Position numbers and translations under genes: made by a program | The notes under the pieces: generated by a model | What the model saw: the letters and a program-made list of their open reading frames with translations, nothing else | Told to the model about the DNA's origin: nothing | Databases searched by the model: none | From: a virus | Virus record (IMG/VR): IMGVR_UViG_3300009176_000030 | Coordinates: 6,379-70,378 of that record | Length of the DNA: 64,000 nt | Strand: one strand, 5' to 3' | Shown: piece by piece, positions 27,941-37,318 of the stretch | How positions within the stretch are numbered: the first letter of the stretch is position 1 | Layout: the number at the start of each line of letters is the position of its first letter

Positions 27941-28372
27941 TTACGCGGTGAAGACGACCCAGTTGGACGCGGCCCGGAAGTTGCCGTTGATCGAGCACAT
28001 TCCGTTGAGGTTCACGTCCACCGTGGCGTCGAGGAACCCGGAGCCGTGGGCGACTTCGTGAACGCCGATCGATGAGGCGCCCACGCCGCTGTCGGCGTAC
28101 AGGTAGAGCATCTGCGCCCCGAGGGAGGCAGCGTTGAGGAGCAGGTCGCCCGAGAGATCGAGCAGGCCCGTGTAGGTGCCCTGAGCGTCACGAAGACCGG
28201 CGAACCAGCGCTTGTTCGTGTCGCTGAAGGCCGAGCCGTCGTAGAACTCGCGAGACGAGTTGTACGTCCACTGGGTCTTCGCGGCGACGAGCGTGCCGCC
28301 GCCACTGATCGGGCCACCGATGACGATCGCGCCGTTGATTCCTGCTGCCCGCAGGTCGGCATTTGCAGCCAT
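27941..28372 (-). CDS. major tail tube protein
   Basis: D.S.F.D..KR..AGL.D..G.Y.G pattern; position. Confidence 0.75.
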   Translation of the reverse strand: MAANADLRAAGINGAIVIGGPISGGGTLVAAKTQWTYNSSREFYDGSAFSDTNKRWFAGLRDAQGTYTGLLDLSGDLLLNAASLGAQMLYLYADSGVGASSIGVHEVAHGSGFLDATVDVNLNGMCSINGNFRAASNWVVFTA

Positions 28373-28384
28373 AGCAATCCTTTC

Positions 28385-28849
28385 TTATGCGATGTCGGAA
28401 TCGGCGGTGAAGATGAGGGAGCGCAGCGCGGGGTTGCTTTGCGCGACCTTGACTTCGAGAACGCCTCCGACCTCGTAGATGGGTTTGCCCTGCGGGTCCT
28501 CGTCTTGCAGCGATAGGCTGCTCGTAAAGAGGCACGACAGGCTCGTTTGCCCGGTCACGGTGAGCCGCTGTTGGTTCAGCGTCGTGAACGCAAGCTGAAA
28601 GGCGCTAGCTGCGTCTTCCTGGGTTTTCGCGAAGATCAGCACATCCACCCCTAGGATGTTGACCACGCCCGTCCAGTCGAGCAACGCCGGAGCGTAGTGC
28701 AACTGGAGAATGCCGCGTGGGTATGCTGTCTCCGGCGGGGCGAAACCCTCAGCCCAATCTCCCAACAACTGGTCTTTGAGGACCAGGTTGGCACGGAGTT
28801 GGCGAATAAGGGCCTGCCGGACACTAGGCCAGGGAATGACGAGAGCCAT
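28385..28849 (-). CDS. tail terminator (DUF3168-like)
   Basis: APPETAYP motif, VDV.IF; upstream of tube. Confidence 0.7.
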   Translation of the reverse strand: MALVIPWPSVRQALIRQLRANLVLKDQLLGDWAEGFAPPETAYPRGILQLHYAPALLDWTGVVNILGVDVLIFAKTQEDAASAFQLAFTTLNQQRLTVTGQTSLSCLFTSSLSLQDEDPQGKPIYEVGGVLEVKVAQSNPALRSLIFTADSDIA

Positions 28850-28852
28850 CTG

Positions 28853-29602
28853 CTATCGCCCTCCGAAGGCTCGACGTAGGTTGGTAGCGAACAGGTCTAC
28901 GAGATGCTGTCGCTGTCCATGAAGTGCGGGCAGGAGGAACGGCTGGGCCGCGGTCCTGACCGTTGGGAACTCGACGAACTTGGCGTACCGGATGCCCGCC
29001 GTCACGGTGACCGACTGGCCGTTGCCGGTCTGGATGGCGCCGCCGGATTCGATCGACGCCTTCAGCGCGCCGCCGACATGCACACTGGTCGCCTCGCCCA
29101 CGCCCGTCTCGGCACGGTGGATGGAGGCTCCTGAGCGGGCCTCGCTGCGTCCACGGCTGGTCATCGCCTCGCTGGCGCCGGGACCCGGCTCGAACCCGCC
29201 CCCACGCAGCCGTGAAGCCCCTGAGACGGACGTAAACCGTCCGCCCTGCTCGATCCCCAGGAACCGCAGTTCGCGCGTCCTGGAGAGCGTATTGGCCGAG
29301 CCCGGTCGGCGTATCTGGACCTTGGCGTAGTTAGCGATGTGAGCCACCGCCCGGCGGCGCTTGAAATCGTTGGGCGCGACATGACCGTAGTAGTTGTTGG
29401 CGCGCTGGGTGGCGATCGCTTTCTCGGCCGGAGTGAGCGAGCGGTACTTGCGCTTATAGCCCTTCTTCTCACGGAACGCCTTGCGGATCGGCGCTCGGCT
29501 CCGGGCATCCGCGGCGATCATGTCGCCGATCTCGTCCAGTGTCGTCTCGGCCGCCTGGTTGATGAGTTCCTTGATGAGGGGGATGTTCAGGAACGCGCCC
29601 AT
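28853..29602 (-). CDS. HK97 gp10-like tail component with long basic insertion
   Basis: DARSRAP, GALKASI, YAKFVEF.T....AQPFLLPA. Confidence 0.8.
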   Translation of the reverse strand: MGAFLNIPLIKELINQAAETTLDEIGDMIAADARSRAPIRKAFREKKGYKRKYRSLTPAEKAIATQRANNYYGHVAPNDFKRRRAVAHIANYAKVQIRRPGSANTLSRTRELRFLGIEQGGRFTSVSGASRLRGGGFEPGPGASEAMTSRGRSEARSGASIHRAETGVGEATSVHVGGALKASIESGGAIQTGNGQSVTVTAGIRYAKFVEFPTVRTAAQPFLLPALHGQRQHLVDLFATNLRRAFGGR

Positions 29603-29973
29603 CAGACCAGCCTGCGGAGCGCGACCGAGAGCGAGGTCGGGTAGGTGTTATCGACGTTGGTGTTCTGGGCGAAGTAGTCGCTACCGCCGATGACGATCTT
29701 GTCACCTGGGTTGATATTGGTGCCGATCGGGACGAGCAGTCGGAACAACTCGCTCAGGCTCTCACCGCCATTGATGACCGACAGCGTGACCGGGTTCGGG
29801 GTGATCTCATACAGCCAGCCGAGCACCGTCGAGGACGGAGAGGCGGGATAGCCCGTCTCCTGCCCGTCGGGAGTCTGGATGGTCGAGCGGTTGTAGATGT
29901 AGACCGTCGTCTTCAGGCCCGACAGGACGAGGTCTTGCAGAGCCGCCAGTTCTGATTCGCTGATGAGGGACAT
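29602..29973 (-). CDS. head-closure protein
   Basis: P.GT.I.PGD.I..GG..Y; position. Confidence 0.7.
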   Translation of the reverse strand: MSLISESELAALQDLVLSGLKTTVYIYNRSTIQTPDGQETGYPASPSSTVLGWLYEITPNPVTLSVINGGESLSELFRLLVPIGTNINPGDKIVIGGSDYFAQNTNVDNTYPTSLSVALRRLV

Positions 29974-30162
29974 CGACCACCTCCCCCTTGACGACAGAAC
30001 GATAATGCTTGGGCCGTTGGGCGCTCAGTCCGCGGGCTGCTAACCCTCTAGGGCGGTACGTCAAGCCGTCCTGCCGCACTTATTTCATAGAGTGCCCGGA
30101 CCAATACCGGGTATCGCGGGAGGAGGTGCTGCCTATCTACCCCACAGAATCACCCGTGTCAC

Positions 30163-30199
30163 AAAGCCCCACTCGAAGGTCAACCCGAGTGGGGCTTTT
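30163..30199. terminator. bidirectional intrinsic terminator
   Basis: AAAGCCCCACTCG-loop-CGAGTGGGGCTTTT just after GT2 stop. Confidence 0.75.
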
Positions 30200-30205
30200 A
30201 CGTGG

Positions 30206-31192
30206 TTAGACCACGTCGGCCCGGCGGGCCACGATGCGGAGGCAGTTCTCGCAGGACTTCCCGGCCGGGAGTTTGGCGACGACATCGCCGTAGATCACCC
30301 GGCCGCACATCGTCTTGTACCTGTTCTCGACGCGCGCCGGGCTGGCAATGGCGTGCCACGATCGGCCGAGGACCCACTTGATGTCCTTGATCGGCTTCTT
30401 CTTCTTGCGGAACTCGCAGCCTTCGTCCACGAGGCGGCGCATCTGCGACGGGTTGCGGGTCGCCCGGTTGTAGGCATTCGACAGTTCGTCGTTGCGGGCA
30501 GCGTCCTGACCCGACCAGGCGCGTGTCTTGTAGTTCTTGCCGATGACCGGGTGCCACAGGTGGAGCACATCGTTCTGGGTGGTCTTGTGCTTGCCGTACA
30601 GCGTGTCCAGCGCCCGCAGGATCGCGACATCCTCGCCGCCCCAGCCCTTGAACCGCTCGTCGAAGCAGCCAAGGACCTCCAGCGCCTCGCGCGGGAAGAT
30701 GGTCACCATGGCGCCGTAGCGATGGCCGTAGCCGCTTTTCATGCCGTCGCCATCGAGATCGCCGGGCAGCGGCGGTGACGGGAACCGCAAGGGATCGGAC
30801 GGCTTGGACGCGAGGACCCGCTGCGTCGCACCCCGGTTGAGCCGGTAGAGGTGACGGTACGGGACGTACCACAGGTGGTTGGCGAGTTCTTCGAGGATGC
30901 GGTCGGCGCAGCGGTCGAGGATGGAACCCGGCATGTAGGTATCGGCGTCCAGCACCACGAGGACCCGACCACGGGCGCGGCTCGCGGCATCGTTGAGCGC
31001 TTCGGTCTTGCAGAACGGCCTGCCACGGCTCTTGCCGATGATGATCTCGGCATCCGGTAGTTCGCGCTTCCAGTAGCGGCGCACCCACGCGAAGGCTCGC
31101 TGGCGCTCCTTGTTGTCCGACCGGAACGGGATGAGCAGGCTCATCTTCGGTCGGCGCGGATGCGGCTTGGGAGGCTTTACCGGCTTAGGCAC
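30206..31192 (-). CDS. GT2/GT7-like glycosyltransferase with C-terminal zinc finger
   Basis: SLLIPF, LDAD (DxD), FDERFKGWGGED, HLWH; start could be 31144. Confidence 0.85.
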   Translation of the reverse strand: MPKPVKPPKPHPRRPKMSLLIPFRSDNKERQRAFAWVRRYWKRELPDAEIIIGKSRGRPFCKTEALNDAASRARGRVLVVLDADTYMPGSILDRCADRILEELANHLWYVPYRHLYRLNRGATQRVLASKPSDPLRFPSPPLPGDLDGDGMKSGYGHRYGAMVTIFPREALEVLGCFDERFKGWGGEDVAILRALDTLYGKHKTTQNDVLHLWHPVIGKNYKTRAWSGQDAARNDELSNAYNRATRNPSQMRRLVDEGCEFRKKKKPIKDIKWVLGRSWHAIASPARVENRYKTMCGRVIYGDVVAKLPAGKSCENCLRIVARRADVV

Positions 31193-31928
31193 GGGCCATG
31201 GTGAAGATCGCCTTCACCTCCTCCAAGACATCGAACAGTTCGTACTGCTTCTCCATGACGACGTTCCTGTCCGCCTGCTCGGTGACGCCGATCTGGAACG
31301 GCATGTGCAGGCTCGCGGTGTAGTCCAGCCACTTGAACAGCCCTCCCTCCTGGTGTTCGTGACTCAGTGCCCGCGGCGAGATTTCGATGCGGCGAGGGAT
31401 GCTGAAGGCGTCGGCGAGGACGATGCCGTGGAGCGACGAGGAGACGATCTTCTTGCAGCGCCCGATGTCGCGGATGACTTCGAGCGGGTCTCCGGTGACA
31501 CGGATGATCTTTGGGTTGAACTTGGTGAACCGAGGGTCGTGCTCCAGCGTCGTGTCCGTCCAGTGGGGGATGAGCCCCAGGTTGTAGCGCTTGTCCTCGA
31601 CCTTGACCAGTTCGTCGGCCAGCAGGCCCGGATCGGCCAGGACGAAATCGCCCCTCAATCCCTGCGCCGACAACGGCCCTCGAACCGCGAGGACGACGGC
31701 GTTGGGCAGTGACAGTTTCGTCCTCGCGTGGAGCAGCCCGGCGCCCGCGATCACGCCGCCCCAATCCGAGGGAAGCTGGTCGAGGACTGAGCCAGCCATC
31801 ACCAACTCGGCGTCCTCGGGCGCGGCCCACTCCGAGGTCAGGCGCATGAACCGCGTGAGGATGAGCCCGGTCAGGGCGTCTCCGAAGTTGGGCCTGCCTT
31901 TCCAGAAGTAGGTCTTGACCGGCTTCAT
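31185..31928 (-). CDS. polysaccharide pyruvyltransferase family protein
   Basis: NFGD.L, GSVL, AVRGPLS, DPGLL, SSSLHGIVLADAF.IP. Confidence 0.85.
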   Translation of the reverse strand: MKPVKTYFWKGRPNFGDALTGLILTRFMRLTSEWAAPEDAELVMAGSVLDQLPSDWGGVIAGAGLLHARTKLSLPNAVVLAVRGPLSAQGLRGDFVLADPGLLADELVKVEDKRYNLGLIPHWTDTTLEHDPRFTKFNPKIIRVTGDPLEVIRDIGRCKKIVSSSLHGIVLADAFSIPRRIEISPRALSHEHQEGGLFKWLDYTASLHMPFQIGVTEQADRNVVMEKQYELFDVLEEVKAIFTMARA

Positions 31929-31942
31929 CGATCCCCCCGTTG

Positions 31943-32848
31943 TTAGGCAACGCTTCCGATCGCAAATCCTGTCAGGAGTGACGCGGCGGGACCGGGGATG
32001 GTCACCCCGTTCTTGGTCACATAGCCGCCGGGGTTCATCTGCGTGATCGCGACTTCGGCCACGCGGACGCTCTGGAGCCCGATCATGCCGCGCTGGGCGA
32101 TGCGCGACTGGCCGAGCATGTCGGTCGCGATGATCGAGGTCGCCGTCTCGATGGCCGACGGCAAGGTGTACGTGTACGAAACCGTCGCCAGATCGTCGGG
32201 CACCGGTTCGGCGGCATCGGTGAAGGTGATCGTCCCGTCATCGGTGTTGACCGTGTAGTCCGACGGATCGATCTCGACACCGGCCACCGTGACCGTCACG
32301 TCGCCGCCTTCGAGCCAACTGCCATGGCTTGCCATGTAGAGGTTCGGACTGACGGCTTCGAGCACGTCCTCCGTGGATGTGAACTGCCAGCCGTAGGTGT
32401 AACTGGTCAGGGTGAACGGCTCGTACAGACCGAACCAGAAACCGAGCGGCGGGTAGCCGATGATCGTCGGCTGGCTGGCGACGATCTCGACGAAGCCCGA
32501 GGTCGAGTTGACCATCAGGTCGGATGGCTGAAGGGTGATCGAGTACGAGTTGGTGTACTGGATCGAGAACGCCGTCAGGGTTCGGATCGGGCGGTGGGAG
32601 AGGAACACCCGGCGCGCGCCCGGCTCGTTGAGGAGCGGGCTCGGCGGCTGCCAGATGTGCTGCTCGTTGGTGATCGTGCCGCCCCGGAAGTCGTGCTTCT
32701 GGGGCTGGAGCCCGGCGTTGCAGAAGGTATCGACCACGGCCGACGCTGCGACGAGTTTGTTGCGCAGCGACAGTTTCGTGCCGGTGTCAGCGATGCCAAA
32801 TCCGCCGTGGATGTAGCGGAGGGGACTGACGTAACTTTGCAAGGCCAT
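31943..32848 (-). CDS. head-tail connector with inserted Ig-like domain
   Basis: AAS.VVD.FC, SYTYG, LP.AI..A; follows capsid. Confidence 0.7.
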   Translation of the reverse strand: MALQSYVSPLRYIHGGFGIADTGTKLSLRNKLVAASAVVDTFCNAGLQPQKHDFRGGTITNEQHIWQPPSPLLNEPGARRVFLSHRPIRTLTAFSIQYTNSYSITLQPSDLMVNSTSGFVEIVASQPTIIGYPPLGFWFGLYEPFTLTSYTYGWQFTSTEDVLEAVSPNLYMASHGSWLEGGDVTVTVAGVEIDPSDYTVNTDDGTITFTDAAEPVPDDLATVSYTYTLPSAIETATSIIATDMLGQSRIAQRGMIGLQSVRVAEVAITQMNPGGYVTKNGVTIPGPAASLLTGFAIGSVA

Positions 32849-32906
32849 CACGCACTCTCCTTCCGCGCAGTTTTGTGCTCGACTGCCCACGATCGATGCG
32901 CGGCAG

Positions 32907-33095
32907 ATGACCGCTAACGAGGAGAGTCAGATGGCAGAGAAGAACGAGTTTCAGAAGCAGGCCGACAAACAGGCCGAGTCCGTCAAGGATATCCCTGCTC
33001 ATAGCAACGAGCAGGCCGTGACCCGCGACACGACCCCGTCGGTCGAGCGCCCCGGCCACGAGACGGAGCATCCCGATCGGCCGAAGGTGCAGTGA
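32907..33095 (+). CDS. small hydrophilic protein (likely start 32931)
   Basis: RBS GGAGAG before ATG 32931; opposite strand to late operon. Confidence 0.55.
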   Translation: MTANEESQMAEKNEFQKQADKQAESVKDIPAHSNEQAVTRDTTPSVERPGHETEHPDRPKVQ

Positions 33096-33340
33096 TGCCG
33101 ACCGCGACGAAGCAGCAGCACAAGACCAGCAAGACCCAGTCGAGCACTGACGGCAAGTCCGCCACCGACAACGTGTTCGGTCTCGACGACGAGACGTGGA
33201 CCCGGCTGAAGCAGCAAGCCGCCCAGTCGGGGGTCTCGACCTCCGACATGATGAAGCAGTACATCGTCAACGCGATCGGCGCCCCGGCGCCCGAAGGCGC
33301 TTGGCATTCAGGCCAGGAGACTGATCCCAGCCTGAAGTAA
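33092..33340 (+). CDS. ribbon-helix-helix (CopG/Arc-like) protein
   Basis: VFGLDDETWTRLKQQAAQSGVSTSDMMKQYI. Confidence 0.65.
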   Translation: MMPTATKQQHKTSKTQSSTDGKSATDNVFGLDDETWTRLKQQAAQSGVSTSDMMKQYIVNAIGAPAPEGAWHSGQETDPSLK

Positions 33341-33354
33341 CTTCCTATTCAATC

Positions 33355-33395
33355 AGCCCCGCCTCGTCATTCTGGGAACGAGGCGGGGCTTCTTT
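33355..33395 (+). terminator. intrinsic terminator
   Basis: AGCCCCGCCTCGT/ACGAGGCGGGGCT 13-bp stem then TCTTT. Confidence 0.75.
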
Positions 33396-33487
33396 GTGGC
33401 GGGCAAGAACCAGACGGCGTCAGAGGGAGGACGCCGGGGCACCTGGTTCCCGCCCACCATGAATGGAGCAGGCTTTCCCTCTGGTGA

Positions 33488-34813
33488 CTACGAGGTGGCC
33501 TGGTTGGCCCGGAGCTTCACGTTGTACGGAAGCGACGTGACCGCGAGGCCGACCATGTAGTAGATGATGAACAGCCGAGTGAGTTGGCCGTTCACGCCCG
33601 GCGGAATCTCGATCACGGTCGGACCCGGCGAACCGAGGTACGGCATCGTGACCGTGGACTCGTTGAGGACGTAGATGTCGGCGACCGTCTCGCCGCCATT
33701 GAAGGGGCCGTCACTGTTGGTGGTGACGTAGGTCCCGATCGAGTCGCCCGGCACCGTGACGAGCGGAAGCTCACCCTGGTTGGTCATCACCGCGGGGACG
33801 CGGACGCCCGGCACGAACTCCATGCGATCGACGGTCCGCTGGATCGTCAACTGCGCATTGGCGAACTGCTGGCCTTCTGCGGCGCGAGCGAAGATCACCG
33901 TGGGCGGAACACCGACGGCGTCGGTGATCGCCGTGGCAGCCTCGCCGAAGGCGATGTTGAACGAGTTGGGGTTGCTGGTGAGATACGGGCTGAAGTTGAC
34001 GGCGCCCGTGATGTTGAGGATCGAGCGCAGCCCGGTGAAGCCGTTGGCGTCATAGGCGCCAGCCTCACTGTTCGAGGTCCCACCGGAGTTCGACGCATTG
34101 CCCTGGAAGATCGTCTTCTGAGTCTTGTGCGCCATCGCGATGAGACCGTTCTGGATTTCAAGCTGCTGCGGGTTCCACGACATGCCGCCCGCCTGCACCG
34201 CGAACTGCTCCTTGAACGACACGCCTCGGCGGGTGTTCTGGATGGCGATGTTCGTGGTCTGCGGGACGTAGGTCGAGTTGTCGTCCGTGACAGTCCCCAG
34301 TTCCGCCATGAACACCGCATCACCATAGGCGGTGATCTGGCGCCATGCGTGGACGGCGCCGTTGGCAGGCACCTTGGGGATGCGATCGTAGGCGGGGAAC
34401 GCCTTGACGAACTGGGTGTAGAGGATCGGGTCGAGGTCCTGCCGGACCAGCGCCGAGCCGCCCGACAAGTCGAGCAGGTTGGTCAGCACCGGGTCGTCGC
34501 CAGCGATGTCCATGAGCCCGCGGCTTCCGGCCATCCACTGAGCGATCGGCACGCCCTTGGCTTCCTTGGACCCGAGTTGCAGGTAGAACAGGTGCGCAAG
34601 CTCCTGCTCCGACAGGCCCATCATGCCGCGCTGGAGGAAGATGCGATCCTCCTCGTTCAGCACGCCCCGCAGCGACGGCTGCGTGGTGCTCGTCGGGGCT
34701 TCCTCCCCGGCCGCCCTGAGCGCCGCGCCAGAAACGGCAACGTCGTTCGTTCGATCGAACGTCGTGCCGAACTGGTCGAGCGCGTTCAGGACGTTTTTGA
34801 GGTCATAACTCAT
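33488..34813 (-). CDS. major capsid protein
   Basis: 441 aa after protease; AL.RQDL.P, IFQGN, .F.GLR patterns; RBS AAGGAG. Confidence 0.85.
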   Translation of the reverse strand: MSYDLKNVLNALDQFGTTFDRTNDVAVSGAALRAAGEEAPTSTTQPSLRGVLNEEDRIFLQRGMMGLSEQELAHLFYLQLGSKEAKGVPIAQWMAGSRGLMDIAGDDPVLTNLLDLSGGSALVRQDLDPILYTQFVKAFPAYDRIPKVPANGAVHAWRQITAYGDAVFMAELGTVTDDNSTYVPQTTNIAIQNTRRGVSFKEQFAVQAGGMSWNPQQLEIQNGLIAMAHKTQKTIFQGNASNSGGTSNSEAGAYDANGFTGLRSILNITGAVNFSPYLTSNPNSFNIAFGEAATAITDAVGVPPTVIFARAAEGQQFANAQLTIQRTVDRMEFVPGVRVPAVMTNQGELPLVTVPGDSIGTYVTTNSDGPFNGGETVADIYVLNESTVTMPYLGSPGPTVIEIPPGVNGQLTRLFIIYYMVGLAVTSLPYNVKLRANQATS

Positions 34814-36066
34814 TCCTTCTCCTTGGTGGACCGTGCGATGTATGCGGTGACGCGGGGATCGAGACCCGGATAGCGAGCCGTGAACTCCTCAACGTGCCCG
34901 ACCGCCTGACGGCGAAGGGGCAGTTGCATGACCCTCTTGATCGCTTCCGTGGCGTCCTTCTCCACGTCTGAGAGCCGGTCGTAGCCCGCCTTGACCTCTT
35001 TGAGTTCGTCCTTCAGGCTCGCGTTTTCATCACGGAGCCGTCCGACTTCCTCGACGAGTGCCTTGGTGTGCGCGACCAGCGCTGCCACATCCTCGACCTC
35101 GACGCCTGCTTGCTGCTCGATGACAGGGTCAGCATCGTCTTCGGTCGCGGGCGCTGTCTCAGGGGTCGCCGCATCGGCTTCCTGACCACCCGGAGTGGTG
35201 TCGTCTTCGGTGGCGTCCGCAGACGCCTCGATGGTGGGTTCGTCTGTGGTGGTTGATTCTACGGGTTCGCTAGGCGTGGCAACGATCTCGGGCTCGACAC
35301 CGCCGCCAACGACTACCGGCTCGGGCGAGACAGTGCCGCCGCTGGAGATCGTGATCGTCGTGCCGGTGTCAGAGCCAGACGCCGAGGTGGTCGGCTTCAC
35401 GACCCACTGCTGGAGGACTTCGCCATTGGCGGCGACGACCTGCTCCTCGGCGGGCTCCTCGGGCTCGTCGTCGGCCAGGGCTTCGTCTTCGGGCACGTCA
35501 GCCGCGGCGACGGACGCCTTGTAGGCCCACGAGCGCTGGTTCTTGGGAATGCCCACGATGGACGCCTCCTTGCCGACGATGCTGTCGATGAGCATCCCGC
35601 CGGTATCCTTGTCGCGGCTGTGCTTCTTGACGATCGCGCCGATCGAGGTGCCGAACTTCACGTAACCACCTGCAATGGACTCGTGCAACTGGACGGCCCG
35701 CGGGTTGGGCTCGTTGACCACGCCGCCGATGACGAGGTCCCAGATCGGGGCATTGGTCCGCTCGTCCTTGGCTTCGGTCTGGACGATCTCGGCGGTATCG
35801 GATGTGCCGAAGACCTTGTCCACGACGTTCGTGTAGTCGTGGTCCATGAAGATCGTCAGACCGTTGCGGAAGTCATCACGCAACTGCTGAAGCGCCTTCA
35901 GGCTGATGGTGTTGCCCGCGAGGTCCGTGACCGTCGATGAGGCAACCGCCTTGAACCTGCGAGGCGCGTTGTCCTGCCCGCCATCAGCGGTCAGGGCGTT
36001 GGTGATGAAACGAAACTCTCCGGGGGCGAGCGGCGGCATCTTCGGAGCCGCCTGGGGTCCTGCCAT
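34810..36066 (-). CDS. prohead protease/scaffold fusion
   Basis: ASS...D..G, FMDH (His), GTSIG (Ser), EASIVGIP.N; acidic linker and coiled coil. Confidence 0.85.
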   Translation of the reverse strand: MAGPQAAPKMPPLAPGEFRFITNALTADGGQDNAPRRFKAVASSTVTDLAGNTISLKALQQLRDDFRNGLTIFMDHDYTNVVDKVFGTSDTAEIVQTEAKDERTNAPIWDLVIGGVVNEPNPRAVQLHESIAGGYVKFGTSIGAIVKKHSRDKDTGGMLIDSIVGKEASIVGIPKNQRSWAYKASVAAADVPEDEALADDEPEEPAEEQVVAANGEVLQQWVVKPTTSASGSDTGTTITISSGGTVSPEPVVVGGGVEPEIVATPSEPVESTTTDEPTIEASADATEDDTTPGGQEADAATPETAPATEDDADPVIEQQAGVEVEDVAALVAHTKALVEEVGRLRDENASLKDELKEVKAGYDRLSDVEKDATEAIKRVMQLPLRRQAVGHVEEFTARYPGLDPRVTAYIARSTKEKE

Positions 36067-36089
36067 TTCGGCTCCTTTCCTGTGCCGCG

Positions 36090-37307
36090 TCAGACCGCGA
36101 CCTTGATGGGGATTTCCTTGGGGAGAAAGCCGATCTCTCTCGCCCGTTCGACTTCTCTCTCGATAGCCGCCGCCATTCGATCGGCGGCGATGTCCCAACT
36201 GAACTTGGCCGCCTGGGCGACGGCCTTCTCGCGGAGCTTCCGGCGGGAGCCTGCTCCGAGATACAAACGCTCGATGGCCTCGGTGAATGCCGAGATGTCC
36301 GGCAGGCATTGGTCCTGACCCATCGGGGTAGTGATTCGCATCAACGGCGGGATCAGGATTCCACCGTCGCCCACGACCTCGGTTGTCGCCGAGCAGTCGG
36401 TCGCGATGACCGGCGTCCCCGCGGCCATGGCCTGGAGGTTGTTGAGCCCGAAGCCTTCGCCCCAACTGGTCGAGACGAAGATGTCCGCGGCGGAAAAGAG
36501 CGTCGCAAGAGCTTCCTCGTTCCAGCCGACGTAACCGGTGAGATTTTGGCTGAACGACACCCGATCTCGGATGTCCTCATCGTTGAAGCGCAGGGCATCG
36601 AGGTCGTAGCCATCGTCCGCTCGGTTGGCGCAATGGAAGTGAACGTCGATGTCCTTGTGGCGGCGCAGGATCGGCCGGAGGGCCTTCCACGTCGCCGGGT
36701 AATCCTTGCGCAGGCTGTTCTTGTCCACGCGCAGGATGAGGAAGCGGTCGGGGTCGTAGCCGAGCAGTTCCTTGGATTGCTTCTTGTCGCGCGGACGGAA
36801 GACACTGGTGTCCACGCCATGCCAGATCACGTCGGCCTCGGTCATCGAGGTGTCGCGGCCGAACTTCGTCATGGCGATCCGCAGCACCCGGCCAATGAGT
36901 ACATCCCACGAGCCGGGGTTGTCGTAGCCGTCGATGGGCATGTACGCGACGATCGGAACACGGTAGACATCCGTCCCGGTCGTCACCCCGCGCCAGATCG
37001 CCAAGTTCTCGTCGAACGGACTGGCGAGCAGGCTGTCTCTGACCACGGCGGGATCGTTGATGAACACGATGACATCCGGCATCAACGCCCCAACCAGTTC
37101 GATGTAGCGGCTCTTGCCGTACAGGTCGGGCTGCAACTTCTGGGTCGGCAGGTAGAGCTTCTGCGGCGTGTCCCAGTGGTCGCCGCGCCAGTTGATCGCC
37201 AGCGTGTGGATGTCCCACCCTCGGTTGGCGAGCCGGTCGAAGATGTTTTGCGTGACCGTCCCGAAGCCCGAGTGGACGGCCATGTCTGCGATGACGAGAA
37301 CCCTCAC
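36090..37307 (-). CDS. GT4 glycosyltransferase
   Basis: SGFGTV, HGVD..VF, STSWGEGFGL...QAMA.G.PVI, FSW. Confidence 0.9.
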   Translation of the reverse strand: MRVLVIADMAVHSGFGTVTQNIFDRLANRGWDIHTLAINWRGDHWDTPQKLYLPTQKLQPDLYGKSRYIELVGALMPDVIVFINDPAVVRDSLLASPFDENLAIWRGVTTGTDVYRVPIVAYMPIDGYDNPGSWDVLIGRVLRIAMTKFGRDTSMTEADVIWHGVDTSVFRPRDKKQSKELLGYDPDRFLILRVDKNSLRKDYPATWKALRPILRRHKDIDVHFHCANRADDGYDLDALRFNDEDIRDRVSFSQNLTGYVGWNEEALATLFSAADIFVSTSWGEGFGLNNLQAMAAGTPVIATDCSATTEVVGDGGILIPPLMRITTPMGQDQCLPDISAFTEAIERLYLGAGSRRKLREKAVAQAAKFSWDIAADRMAAAIEREVERAREIGFLPKEIPIKVAV

Positions 37308-37318
37308 GAGAACTCCCT

